Origin: an uncultured cyanobacterium
GTDB lineage: Bacteria; Cyanobacteriota; Cyanobacteriia; Cyanobacteriales; Nostocaceae
Length of the DNA: 64,000 nt
Assembly (NCBI GenBank): GCA_963706595.1
Contig: OY970166.1
Location: 2,336,001 to 2,400,000 of the forward strand
Direction of reading: 5' to 3'
Made by a program: the position numbers and the translations under genes. The notes beneath the pieces were generated by a model, which saw nothing but the letters and a program-made list of their open reading frames with translations, did no database searches and was not told where the DNA came from. Shown piece after piece: positions 51,107-61,452 of this stretch (the first letter of the stretch is position 1; each line of letters starts with the position of its first letter).

Positions 51107-51670
51107 TTAAGGTCTTGCACAAGCTGCTTCACCAGCAACAGGATCGGGATAAATAGCTAAAGTGTGATAATCAGGAGCAATATCTTCATATAATATTCTG
51201 AAAGTATACAGTTTACTTCTACTTTGCTCTTCAGTAATAACTGTTAAAAGTGTATTGTCTGTTTGAGGCAGTCCGGGAATATTCAGCCTTTCAATTCGCC
51301 GCAGTTGAATCACATTGGCTGACGATTTTGCACAATCTCCTGAAGTCAAATTACGTTCTGCACCAAACTGCATACACATCGGTCCATCAAAATCCATAGT
51401 TACCTGTGATGGGTCGTTTAACCACACTTTTTTAATGGTTTCGCCAGCTGGCAAAAAGCTTAAATTGGTTCCTTGCTGATAGGAAACTTTGATAGTAGGT
51501 ACGACTCCTCCTAAACCTTGTGCATGGCAAGAAAACATGGAACGGAGAACGGAATTATTAGCTAAAACTCGACCTGTAAATAATAATATAGCTGCGGAAA
51601 AAATCAGAGAAGTCAGAGACAATAAATTAGGATATTTTAATTTTTTTTCTATCAAGTTAATATGTTTCAT
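51107..51670 (-). CDS. Cyanobacterial T4SS component (VirB9-like)
   Basis: Signal peptide; GTNLSF...GETIKKVWLNDPS and TLLTVIT...LYTFRI beta-rich motifs; last gene of the cluster. Confidence 0.65.
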   Translation of the reverse strand: MKHINLIEKKLKYPNLLSLTSLIFSAAILLFTGRVLANNSVLRSMFSCHAQGLGGVVPTIKVSYQQGTNLSFLPAGETIKKVWLNDPSQVTMDFDGPMCMQFGAERNLTSGDCAKSSANVIQLRRIERLNIPGLPQTDNTLLTVITEEQSRSKLYTFRILYEDIAPDYHTLAIYPDPVAGEAACARP

Positions 51671-51766
51671 GGCTGCAAATATGGAAGTGAGTTGATGACA
51701 AACATAAAAGAGGTTTAGATACCCGACTTCTTAAAGAAGTCGGGTATCTATCTATTCAACTACGAA

Positions 51767-53311
51767 CTATAATTGCATGGTTCTATTGATGTATATTTCT
51801 ACTTCTTTACCAGCTGGCATAAACCAAACATTTGTTTGTTGCATCATGCGGGCGATCGCTTGTTGATTACGTTGTGAAATTTGGGGTACTACAGAGTTTA
51901 AACCACCTTCTAAAATTCCAGCCGGAATATTGCGTCTATTGTTATTGTTGGTGACGACGGTGCTACCATCCCCAACTGTGACTCTGGATTCAGTCCGATT
52001 AAATAACTCGGCTCCTTTACCAATTCCTCCCAAAACAAATAGCCCTAAATCCATTCCCGCTATCGATGTTCCTTGATTGGGATATTTATCTGCTACTAAA
52101 GGTTTCCCTTGGGGAGCGCGAACCATCATGGCATTACTGGGTAAGCTCTTTTCTCTGAGTTCGCCGTTATCTTCTGAAATCACTTTAACTACATTCAACC
52201 GCAGTAGCCCTTGTTCGGAAATAGAACTAATTTCAGCTAATAATTCCGTATTCACAGGTAAAGCGATCGCACCATCAACTGATTTTAGTGGATTTGTCAA
52301 ACGCAAAACAAATACATTACCGTCTTCATTACTTTCATTATTCTTTGACTTAGTAGTTTCTCCAAATACAGCTGTTGCTAAAACAGCTTTGACACTACTC
52401 CCAACTTTGATAGATTTCGAGCTTTGTGATGGTGCTTGGCTGACTAAATTATCTGGCTGTGGTGGCGTTGGTTCCGGGTTAGAATTGCTGACTTGGGCTG
52501 CTTGAGGATTAATTTTTGGTACAGATAAAGCTGTATCCACTCTCGATTGAGCAGTGGTATTCACCTGACCATAGCTACCTAACTTGGCTAACCTTGTCCA
52601 TTCCTCCAGGGGGTCTGGTGGAGATGGTGGAGTCTCTGGAGTTGCAACTGCTATCGGTGCGGGTAGAGGTGTAGGCGCTATAGCAACTGGCGCAGCAGCA
52701 GGCCTTTCCACAATTCGCTCCACAGTGACTATACGAGGTTGAGGTATAGAAGCCGTTTGCACAGGTTTAGGTATGCTTTCTCTCACCTGTGGAGTTTCCA
52801 CCCGCGCAGCTACTCTATTTCTGAGATTTTGTTGAGCTGCTGTCACTGTCTGTGCTTGTTCAGCTAGGGCTAATTTCGTTTTGAGAATCTCAACTTCCTG
52901 CTCTAAATTACGCTGCGGGGATTCACTGATTGTAGGTAATGGTGCTGTTGAGGAAACAGGATTATTTTTTGGCTGTTGATTGCTGGTATTCATTACCTGC
53001 GATAAAAATACCCCAGCAACTACCACTATAACCAAGGTAGCACTACCCACCAAAGCTAATTTAGCAAAGGGATTATCTGCAAGAGATTGCTCAGTTTGGA
53101 CTTCTTCTGGTTGAGACTGGGAAAGTTGCAAATTAGCTGAGTCTGTTTCTACTGTTTCAACGTTGACTTGTGGAGATTCTTCTTCAAAGCCAACCAATTT
53201 AGCCATTCTCGATTCCCAATCTGAAGAGTTTACTTCTGGTTCCTGCTGGTCTGGGATTGGTTTGACTAAATATTTTGCAGAAAGTTCGGGATGAATTGAA
53301 TAAGAAGTCAT
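51767..53311 (-). CDS. TrbI/VirB10-like T4SS core protein
   Basis: N-terminal TM, coiled coil, Pro-rich linker, C-terminal beta domain ending MPAGKEVEIYIN. Confidence 0.8.
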   Translation of the reverse strand: MTSYSIHPELSAKYLVKPIPDQQEPEVNSSDWESRMAKLVGFEEESPQVNVETVETDSANLQLSQSQPEEVQTEQSLADNPFAKLALVGSATLVIVVVAGVFLSQVMNTSNQQPKNNPVSSTAPLPTISESPQRNLEQEVEILKTKLALAEQAQTVTAAQQNLRNRVAARVETPQVRESIPKPVQTASIPQPRIVTVERIVERPAAAPVAIAPTPLPAPIAVATPETPPSPPDPLEEWTRLAKLGSYGQVNTTAQSRVDTALSVPKINPQAAQVSNSNPEPTPPQPDNLVSQAPSQSSKSIKVGSSVKAVLATAVFGETTKSKNNESNEDGNVFVLRLTNPLKSVDGAIALPVNTELLAEISSISEQGLLRLNVVKVISEDNGELREKSLPSNAMMVRAPQGKPLVADKYPNQGTSIAGMDLGLFVLGGIGKGAELFNRTESRVTVGDGSTVVTNNNNRRNIPAGILEGGLNSVVPQISQRNQQAIARMMQQTNVWFMPAGKEVEIYINRTMQL

Positions 53312-53442
53312 ACAATTTTAGATTTTAGATTTTGGATTTTGGATTTTAGATTGCGGATTTTCGATTGATTCTACAGATAAATATGGCTGGGTGCTTGTAA
53401 AATTAAGGCGTATTGCTCATGGTGTATTAAATGGTAATAATG

Positions 53443-54123
53443 TCAAGAACAATTGTTGTCTTTGATATCACATATCTCATAAATTTCTAGCCTAGCTTCG
53501 CCCAAACGGTAAGCGGCTAAATGCCACGGTAATGGTTTGGCTGGGAGTGAAATTGCTGGTTCATCTATGGCGCGGACTAAAATTTTTTTATTGAACGCAG
53601 TTGATATTCCCAGATTATTAGAACCACTAAAATTTAATTGATTAGCCAATATTTCTATTTTCCATTCACCATCAGCTATTTTTGTGGGTTGAGAGACTTT
53701 TTCTACTATTAATATATATTCAGTTGCCTGATTAATATTGGCTAATTGTCCTGTAGGATTTAAGTTAGTAATTTCTGCCTGAAACTTGGGTTTCAAATTA
53801 GGCGCTAAGAGTTGTGAACTAATTTCCCATACTGTAACAGGTGGCTGTTTCTGTGACCAAGTAAGCATCAGAGTCATGGTTTCACCCACAAAGCGGCGGA
53901 TTGTTTCTGGATGTCTTTGATCAGTTTGTTGAGGATTTACAGTAATCGCCCGACCATCAACAAGTTGCACCAAGCTTTCGGGTGTTAACTGCCGTTTTAA
54001 ATCCTGAATCATAGAACCGTGGAACAAAAGTAATAGCAAGCTAAATAGATGTAAACCGAATGTTCCTACAGCTAATAATGGCAATATACTACTTTTTTTG
54101 TTTTCTGGCTTAACTAATTGCAT
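53443..54123 (-). CDS. Cyanobacterial T4SS component (VirB8-like)
   Basis: Single N-terminal TM, LVQLVDG, IRRFVGETM; paralogous to the upstream gene. Confidence 0.65.
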   Translation of the reverse strand: MQLVKPENKKSSILPLLAVGTFGLHLFSLLLLLFHGSMIQDLKRQLTPESLVQLVDGRAITVNPQQTDQRHPETIRRFVGETMTLMLTWSQKQPPVTVWEISSQLLAPNLKPKFQAEITNLNPTGQLANINQATEYILIVEKVSQPTKIADGEWKIEILANQLNFSGSNNLGISTAFNKKILVRAIDEPAISLPAKPLPWHLAAYRLGEARLEIYEICDIKDNNCS

Positions 54124-54304
54124 AAATACGCACCATATAAATTATCAATAAGAACATCTCAATTAAAAAAAACTGACGAAGACCGAACCAAAAAACCTAT
54201 CAAACCCTCTTTCCTTGGCGTTCTTTGCGTCTTCTCCCAAAGGGAGAGGCTAGCGCCAAGGCGGTTCGTTCTTCCATTACTCCCTTTAATTCATTAATAA
54301 AAAA

Positions 54305-55129
54305 CTATCTTGTAAAACTATCAGAACTTATTTGCCTACCACAAGGGTTTGATTTATCCTCACCGAGATTACTATAATTATCCAATAAACATAAATTCCG
54401 AATTTCGTAAATTTCTAATTTGTCAGCCCGATTGCTATAAATTGCTTTTTGAATGTCGGTAGTATTATTAGCTAGAGGATAGGGAAAATAATCTACTGCA
54501 CGCACCAGGAAGTCTTTATTAAAGGGTGTGACTATTTTTCGATCATCATCCTGTTTTTTTTGAATCAGGTCGGCTACCATACCGACGCGCCACTTACCAG
54601 GGGCTATTTGTTCGGGAGGATAAATTCGTTGGATAAGTAATTCTGCTGATATCACTTGACTAGGATTGTTAGAGAATACTTCTGGTGGTGTCATTTGCGC
54701 GATCGCACTTAAAAAACCTTTACGAAAATCTTCGGATAGTGCAAAACTCGCGACCCAACTGCTGGTAGTCACTTTTTGGCTACCACCTGCTAGGGTTCTC
54801 ACCTGGATTCCGGGATCTGGTTGGGGTTTTGCAGCTGCTTCTATAGTTTGTGGTGGTAGAGTTCCCGACCAGTTAAACATGGCTATCATGGTTTTACTGA
54901 TGAATTGGCGAATGGCTTCGGGGTCTCTGGCTAAATCATCAACAGCAGCGACGGGTTGACCATCGATCATTTGTACAAAGTTAGGCGGTTTTCTCAGGCT
55001 GAGTTGGCGAATATTCAACCCTTGCAAGATGAATAAAACTAACACTAATAGATGTAAACTAAAGGTGGCGATCGCAAAGATTTTTAAAACATCTCTGGTG
55101 GGTTTTCTTTTCTGAAGTAAATTGGTCAT
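54305..55129 (-). CDS. Cyanobacterial T4SS component (VirB8-like)
   Basis: Single N-terminal TM, FVQMIDG, IRQFISKTM..MFNWSG, GKWRV, FNK..LVRA. Confidence 0.65.
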   Translation of the reverse strand: MTNLLQKRKPTRDVLKIFAIATFSLHLLVLVLFILQGLNIRQLSLRKPPNFVQMIDGQPVAAVDDLARDPEAIRQFISKTMIAMFNWSGTLPPQTIEAAAKPQPDPGIQVRTLAGGSQKVTTSSWVASFALSEDFRKGFLSAIAQMTPPEVFSNNPSQVISAELLIQRIYPPEQIAPGKWRVGMVADLIQKKQDDDRKIVTPFNKDFLVRAVDYFPYPLANNTTDIQKAIYSNRADKLEIYEIRNLCLLDNYSNLGEDKSNPCGRQISSDSFTR

Positions 55130-55195
55130 ACAATTTTGGATTTTAGATTTTGGATTTTGGATTTACCCTACAGATATATCTAGAGGATTGAAAAT

Positions 55196-56245
55196 TTATA
55201 TCCTATCTTTGACCACAGCAGTGGTATTATTAATCGCACTAAAAACCGCAAATCCTCCAGCCCCAGCCACAGCTAAAGATAATAATGGGGCTAAAATTCC
55301 TAGAAAAATTATGAACCACATTAAGTCAGGATTAGCATTAGGATTTTCGGCTGGACCATTAATTACAACTGCGGCGGTGACAGCAGCAATTATATTAAAT
55401 GAAATCTTGGCAATTCCCGCCGAGAAAAAACCTGTCAGCCACGCATAAATCGGTTTACCAGCTACAGGTAGCAAAGATGCACCCACAGCCAACGGACCTA
55501 AAGCAGCTATCAGCAACATAGAAGCTTCTATTAAATTTTGAAAGGCATATTGCAAGGAAATTAAAAAGCTTTTAATACTGGTTTGGGCTGTATTACCCAA
55601 CAAAGAATTAAAGGTAGTATCTGATAAATTCTCTGTCCCAAATTTCAGCGAAATTACCTGATTTTCCAGTCTTTGAATCCAGATTCTATTCCCGTATAAA
55701 TTTCTATATTCTTGCCAAAGGTTATCTATTTGGTCGCTGGCTTGAGCAAAACATTGGGTTTGTTGTTCTCCTGTGAGTGATTGACAAGGACGTAGTAAAG
55801 AACCAGCCACTTCTTCAGCCAAACTCATATTTAGTGCTTGCTGATAAGTTTGTTCAGCATCTGCTGTAGTCACTACTTGCTGATTGACTGTATTAATAAA
55901 GTTTCTAACTTCCAAGGTCAAATTAGAAAGTATGCTACCATCTCCCCCATTACTTAATAACATGACTACGATAAAAGGCCAAATTAAACCCGTTATTGGG
56001 CGGGAATATTCACTGTATATAACATCTTTGAGCCATTGCATCATAAAAAATAATAGAGTTCCTACAGCAAAAAATACACCCAGATTTGTGAGCGCTCCAT
56101 ATAAATTGTTACTGGTATTATTTTGTAATAAATCTAGCCATTGATTATCCCAACTTTCAGCCATGCTTCTCGCCGTTACAGCACCACTATCGAAAGTTTC
56201 ATTGATACCAATTTCCGGGAATATTTGTAAAATATAAAGCTGCAT
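55196..56245 (-). CDS. VirB6/TrbL-like polytopic membrane protein
   Basis: Multiple TMs around a large loop; LLIAALGPLAVGASLLP...AWLTGF; position in cluster. Confidence 0.7.
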   Translation of the reverse strand: MQLYILQIFPEIGINETFDSGAVTARSMAESWDNQWLDLLQNNTSNNLYGALTNLGVFFAVGTLLFFMMQWLKDVIYSEYSRPITGLIWPFIVVMLLSNGGDGSILSNLTLEVRNFINTVNQQVVTTADAEQTYQQALNMSLAEEVAGSLLRPCQSLTGEQQTQCFAQASDQIDNLWQEYRNLYGNRIWIQRLENQVISLKFGTENLSDTTFNSLLGNTAQTSIKSFLISLQYAFQNLIEASMLLIAALGPLAVGASLLPVAGKPIYAWLTGFFSAGIAKISFNIIAAVTAAVVINGPAENPNANPDLMWFIIFLGILAPLLSLAVAGAGGFAVFSAINNTTAVVKDRI

Positions 56246-56261
56246 TTTAGTTCACAATTTC

Positions 56262-57047
56262 CTAATTCTCTTCTCTACCAAACAAATCGATTTGGGCTGT
56301 AGTCCGCATCAGTCTTGCAGTTTCCGTGGCTGAATCTACTCGACGCGAGCGATTCATCTCATCCATTTGCTGGGAAATACTTGCTAAATTTAAATTAGAG
56401 TATTGTAGAGATTGATTTGATTGCACTGTCTGAGCCAATGTTTCTCCAATAATTTTTGATTGCTCACTTTGAATCTTCAGAGTTTGTAATTGCAAATTAA
56501 TTTGACCAACATTTGTCTGTGCTGATAACTGTTGAGCCGCATCTTGAATTAGCGGAATTTTGCCCATAATTTCAGTGATTAAGTTTTGGTTATTTTGCTC
56601 TGCATTATTGGCAGTTTCTATAATCGTGATAATTGTGTTCTCAGTCTGATCTAACTTGTCTTTTAACCGTCGTTGTCCATCTCTACCCATGAGACTTTCT
56701 ACTGAACTGCGAGTAATTAGACGGTTCAGTTCATTACTTACCGCATTTGATTGCACAACCGGATTATTTTCAAATTTATCTGTTGTCGGGTTAAATAATA
56801 TATCCTGGCGAAAACTTTTCCCAGCCTCAATCGGATTAGGTAAATTCAATTCTCCTGTGGAATTATTTAGCGCGTTTTGACCTCTAACCTCTAAAGGTCT
56901 TAAGGTTTCGCTGAGATTATTTCTGAGATAATTTTGCATATCCACAGAGTAATATTGAAAGTCTGTCCAAACTCTGCCTAATTGTGCCATTGCTGGTAGC
57001 ACTAATAAGCCGGAAAGAGTTAGTGTCAAAAATGTAGTTTTTCGCAT
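56262..57047 (-). CDS. Exported helical T4SS component (VirB5-like position)
   Basis: Signal peptide MRKTTF...PAMA; Gln/Asn-rich coiled coil; between VirB4 and the VirB6-like gene. The longer ORF-track start lies in a repeat. Confidence 0.65.
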   Translation of the reverse strand: MRKTTFLTLTLSGLLVLPAMAQLGRVWTDFQYYSVDMQNYLRNNLSETLRPLEVRGQNALNNSTGELNLPNPIEAGKSFRQDILFNPTTDKFENNPVVQSNAVSNELNRLITRSSVESLMGRDGQRRLKDKLDQTENTIITIIETANNAEQNNQNLITEIMGKIPLIQDAAQQLSAQTNVGQINLQLQTLKIQSEQSKIIGETLAQTVQSNQSLQYSNLNLASISQQMDEMNRSRRVDSATETARLMRTTAQIDLFGREEN

Positions 57048-57189
57048 ATATTTTGAAGGGATGAGGGAGGAACGAACCGCCAAGTACGCCAAGTGCGCCA
57101 AGGAAAGAGGAAGGAAAGAGATTCGGTGCAGTTATTCAAATCCAAATTTAATTCTCTGCGCCTCTGCGCCTCTGCGTGAGATTCCTTTC

Positions 57190-59937
57190 TCAACTCCCCC
57201 GCAACGAAGCGATTAACTGGCGTGCAAATACAGAAATTGCTTCATATTTATCCCTGTGTTGTAGCATGGCTTTTTGACGTGCAGTTTGTTCATTGGGGTT
57301 GTTAGCAACTACTGCTAATTGCTCAAACCCTGGATAGTAACGACAGAATGTATAAATGCCGTTATCATCTAACAACCATTGACTATAAATACCTTCTTTA
57401 CGAGGAAAAAAGCTTTCTGTAGCATTACGCGCAATAATATCACGGGGATATTTTAAAATGTTCACAAAACTATCTACTGCTACTGGTTGAATTCTCCCAA
57501 TTAATCTGGTTGACAAGTTTTGTAAAATCTTTGATGCGGCTTTAGATTTGGCGATAGTATCAGGGTCTTGTGCTGATAAAATGACTCGAATCCCGGCTTT
57601 CGCACCGTTAGCGCAAATTCTGCCCACTAAATCAGCAATTTGATCAAATTCAAATAATATTGGGGCTTCGTCAATGAAGAAGATAGAAGCTGGACTACTT
57701 AACGCCCGTCGTAAAGCGGCGGAATAAGCACTTAAAGACAGTACGGCTGCGTCTTCGTTATCTGAGAGGTTCCGCAATGCAAATACTAAAAGTTGTGCGT
57801 CGGTGGGAAAGCTAGATGGTGCAGAAATAGACTGTCCGACGCGACTCGAAAGCCAAAACCGTAACCGCAGTTGAATTTGACTGAGTGCGTCATCTACGCG
57901 ACCACTCAGAGAATCTAATTGCAGATGTTCTGGGGAACAGAAACAGAGAAAGTCTTTTAAAGTGGGGGTTTTTTGCCAAGCTTCACTCCCAAATCCGCCG
58001 GCTATAGCTTGTTTATATCGTTCTTGAATCCCTGTATCTGCAAAGAAAGCGCTTAAAGCCAAGTTGAGTAGGGAACGCACGGTTTGGGACAACAGTTGGT
58101 TTTCGGTGGATGACCCTAAAACCATTGTCATTAATGCTGATTCTAAGAACCCAGTATAATCCAATAGGCGATCGCGTTGTATTTCTGGAGAGAGCGATCG
58201 CAAATCAGGCTGCTCAAATAAATTATTGGCTTGTTTAGAAATATCAAAATAGGCTCCATTCCCCTCCATAAATTCTGTATAGTCAGTAAAGGTAGATGAA
58301 CCATCAGGTTTAGGAAAATCCAAAGCCACCACAGGAATCCCATGCGCTAAAGCCTGAGTTAAAATTCCCGATACCAAAACCGATTTACCAGCACGAGTAG
58401 TAGCAAACAAAGCTAAATTTTTGTGTTGGTTAAACAAATCTAAATGTATGGGAGTTCCCCCTTCTTCAGCAATTAATTCAAAACCGTGACTATCTCCTGC
58501 TTTAGTTAACACTAAAGGCATTAATCCGGGAACTTCACTGGTTAAATATAACTGACGACGGTTGAAAGGTTTTACTAACAAACCCTCCCAAACTATGGGT
58601 AAAGATTGCAGCCAAATTTTCCAAGTATATTCTATTTCTCTAATGACTTGCGCTGGTCTTTGAAAACAGTTTTCTATATATCTTGTGGCTTCATCTAATT
58701 TGGCTACAGTGGGACGATGAACAAAAATAACTATGCTTGTGTATATCGGTACTGCTCCTTCATATAATTGTTCTTGGGCTGCTACCGATTTTTTTAATTT
58801 TAATTGAGCATTAACATCAATAGTTTTACTTTTTTCTTGAGCCATAAGTGCTGTCATATTCGACTGTTTCAGCACTCGTTGCAAAGTGTTTTTAACTATA
58901 GCTGGATTAGCGGCGGTTAACTCGCAAAATATTTCTGTATCTACTATTGTTTCTCTGGCTAATAATTCCCATAAATAACGCATCTGAGCAAATTTATTTG
59001 GCCAACCACCGGGCTTTTCTAGAAACGTTAATGCCCCAATATAGCGATTTTTGACATTTACCCAACGGCGGTCAGCACAGGGTACATTAGACTCCATCAA
59101 CAAAGTTGTACTGTGGATATTTTCGATCAGTAACTTGGTACTAGCTAAGTCTGAATTAACTTGCTCATGTAGTCCATTTTCATCTAACTGAATTAATTGA
59201 GGAATTTCTATCGGTTGTGTATCATTAAATTTTTTCCAGGCGTGTTCCCATAATTGTTCCGCATTTAAAGGTTTGACATCTAACCCCATTTTGTTAGATA
59301 AAAGCTGTTCCCAACGAGAAAATCCTTGTTGGTAAGCTTTAATAATCAGAGTTTCGATGCGCTGGTTTTGAACTTCTGCCAGTTCACCTTTAAATTTTAA
59401 CCACCATAATTCACCTTTGGATAAAAGTTTTTCAATCCAATCATCTGTATGTGTAGTATTCGGTTCAATAGTATAAGTCACATAAATTTGGAGAAATTTC
59501 GGTTTACGAATTCCAGATTTAGTAAGTTCTTGAATTCTAGCTCTTTCTGCTGTTAATAAGAATTTAATATCCCGTGATGGTGTCCGCTTGACTAAATCGG
59601 CTAGTTCTGTTTGTCGTTTGGTGTCAGAACTAAAAGACCCTATATGTAAAGTCATTTTTTCACCTTCAGGAATATCTTTTAAACCTGATTCGATATTATT
59701 AAAAATTGTGTCTATTTGTTCAGACCGTAAAGTAGTATGAATGCCTCGACACTCAAACCCAAACACAAAGCAAAACCGATCTTTTTGGGTTTCTTTGTTC
59801 AAAATGTAAGCGCCGATATCACGACCATCCAGGGAAATGCGTAACATTGTTGCCAAATGTAAAGCATCTTCAAATGGTGTTAATCTACTTTCTTTGCCGG
59901 CGATGCTTAGGCTTTGTTTTCCGATTTTTTGCTTCAT
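57190..59937 (-). CDS. virB4: VirB4-family T4SS ATPase
   Basis: 915 aa; Walker A ATTRAGKS, Walker B FFIDEAP, GAKAGIRVILSAQ; overlaps the VirB3-like gene. Confidence 0.85.
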   Translation of the reverse strand: MKQKIGKQSLSIAGKESRLTPFEDALHLATMLRISLDGRDIGAYILNKETQKDRFCFVFGFECRGIHTTLRSEQIDTIFNNIESGLKDIPEGEKMTLHIGSFSSDTKRQTELADLVKRTPSRDIKFLLTAERARIQELTKSGIRKPKFLQIYVTYTIEPNTTHTDDWIEKLLSKGELWWLKFKGELAEVQNQRIETLIIKAYQQGFSRWEQLLSNKMGLDVKPLNAEQLWEHAWKKFNDTQPIEIPQLIQLDENGLHEQVNSDLASTKLLIENIHSTTLLMESNVPCADRRWVNVKNRYIGALTFLEKPGGWPNKFAQMRYLWELLARETIVDTEIFCELTAANPAIVKNTLQRVLKQSNMTALMAQEKSKTIDVNAQLKLKKSVAAQEQLYEGAVPIYTSIVIFVHRPTVAKLDEATRYIENCFQRPAQVIREIEYTWKIWLQSLPIVWEGLLVKPFNRRQLYLTSEVPGLMPLVLTKAGDSHGFELIAEEGGTPIHLDLFNQHKNLALFATTRAGKSVLVSGILTQALAHGIPVVALDFPKPDGSSTFTDYTEFMEGNGAYFDISKQANNLFEQPDLRSLSPEIQRDRLLDYTGFLESALMTMVLGSSTENQLLSQTVRSLLNLALSAFFADTGIQERYKQAIAGGFGSEAWQKTPTLKDFLCFCSPEHLQLDSLSGRVDDALSQIQLRLRFWLSSRVGQSISAPSSFPTDAQLLVFALRNLSDNEDAAVLSLSAYSAALRRALSSPASIFFIDEAPILFEFDQIADLVGRICANGAKAGIRVILSAQDPDTIAKSKAASKILQNLSTRLIGRIQPVAVDSFVNILKYPRDIIARNATESFFPRKEGIYSQWLLDDNGIYTFCRYYPGFEQLAVVANNPNEQTARQKAMLQHRDKYEAISVFARQLIASLRGS

Positions 59938-60262
59938 GGTTAACTTCTAACAAGCTTTGATAACGTGCAAAGCCTCTTGTCCAAGTGGGAACTCCCACGA
60001 ATTTGCTTAAAAAGCGCCAACTCCTACCACCACTTAAAATCCACCAAGTTGCTATTCCCCAACCGGCAATTAATACTGTCCATAACCATCTTTGGAAATC
60101 ATCTGCAAAAATCCCCCCAAAAACTCCATTAACTACAAAGTAAGCCGCTAAAATAATCACAATCCAAGGAAAGATTTGGTCAGCAGGAATTGGCCCTAAT
60201 GATGGTTGTGACCCTAGTATCTGATTGACTGGACGAAATTCTGGCTCTCTTTCTTGAGTCAT
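59885..60262 (-). CDS. VirB3-like membrane protein
   Basis: FRPVNQILG..PSLGPIPA, two TMs, directly upstream of virB4. Confidence 0.7.
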   Translation of the reverse strand: MTQEREPEFRPVNQILGSQPSLGPIPADQIFPWIVIILAAYFVVNGVFGGIFADDFQRWLWTVLIAGWGIATWWILSGGRSWRFLSKFVGVPTWTRGFARYQSLLEVNHEAKNRKTKPKHRRQRK

Positions 60263-60337
60263 AAATTTTTAGTTCGTAATTCGTAATTACTATTGCATTG
60301 GGTTCTTAACCATTGAATATTTTAGTTAGGTACTTAT

Positions 60338-60817
60338 CTAATTACTACTATCACCAATTACAAAGCCTGTCAGGACATCAGCAACAGTGACAGCGACTAC
60401 TACTAATAAAGGAACTCTGGCGATACTCTGCCAATCTTCATCTTTACGCACTGCATTAATTACACCAATCAGAGAAACTGCAATATAGAGTAAATAAATT
60501 GCCCTTAACACATTGAATATTAAGCTGACGGCTGGTTGGCTATTGTTACTGTTTCCTGTCCCTTGAGTTAAAGTATTGCGGAAAAAATCTTCAGCTCTAC
60601 CAAAAAATTGTGCATATACAGGTGCAGCAAAATAGTCTAACCAGAATAAACACAGGATGATAGATCCTGCTAATATTTGTAATAGTATAAGCCATCGCTT
60701 TGGCAAATGCACTTGCTGTCCAACTTGTTGCATGACTATTGCGATTAAACTACCCGCTAGCAAACAAAAAAGCAGCATGGGACTTTTTAAGCTAATTACG
60801 CTTAAAAACACACGCAC
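60338..60817 (-). CDS. VirB2/TrbC-like pilin
   Basis: Long hydrophobic leader, processing-like site APVYA-QFF, two hydrophobic helices; first gene of the cluster; start uncertain. Confidence 0.65.
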   Translation of the reverse strand: MRVFLSVISLKSPMLLFCLLAGSLIAIVMQQVGQQVHLPKRWLILLQILAGSIILCLFWLDYFAAPVYAQFFGRAEDFFRNTLTQGTGNSNNSQPAVSLIFNVLRAIYLLYIAVSLIGVINAVRKDEDWQSIARVPLLVVVAVTVADVLTGFVIGDSSN

Positions 60818-61347
60818 AAGCCATCAAAAATGGCACGGATTCAACTATGCTCAGATGCCATGATTCCCACAACCTTTGTCAATTTGTCAGATGTTTTCGT
60901 TGCACTAGCAGTTAAACCTTTGCTGAGTCTTCTCACACTGGATTTTCTAGACATTTACCAATTTCCCTGTTACGTATCACAAATATCAGTCGTATTCGTT
61001 CTTAAAATGTTTTACCATTTCACACAGCTAAGTTTCATACTTAAGTAATAAATTTATATCACCAAAATATAATATAGGTTCAACGTGTTACATTTTATTA
61101 AAGATGTATTAATCAATTCTTAAGATTTAGTTAAGTCAAATGATTTTCTTTAAAGTAATATATTATACCAAGTAGCTAAAAGCTTTATTTACTGATAGTA
61201 TATAAAGCTACTATAAAGAGGCTATGAGTTTATTGAAAGCTTATCACTATATCACGATCAGTAACAGCAATTATAAATTCAAAAAATCAAGATTTTGAAT
61301 TTAGCTTTTCTCAGGCTAAAGCAGTGCCTCTGAGCTTTTTAAGTCTT

Positions 61348-61452
61348 TTAAGTTTTGCCCGCAACAATGAAACTAGTTCCAGCGTTGGAAACACAAGTTG
61401 AACAGTTATTAACACCAGGGTCAATTCCAAGTGCTAGTTTTGAATTTAACTT
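61348..61452 (-). pseudogene. TnpB (IS200/IS605) fragment, RuvC-I motif
   Basis: Manual translation KLNSKLALGIDPGVNNCSTCVSNAGTSFIVAGKT*. Confidence 0.65.

Noticed and set aside
60830..61048. 72-aa ORF upstream of the pilin-like gene
   Set aside because: No RBS or motif; lies in the probable promoter region of the cluster.
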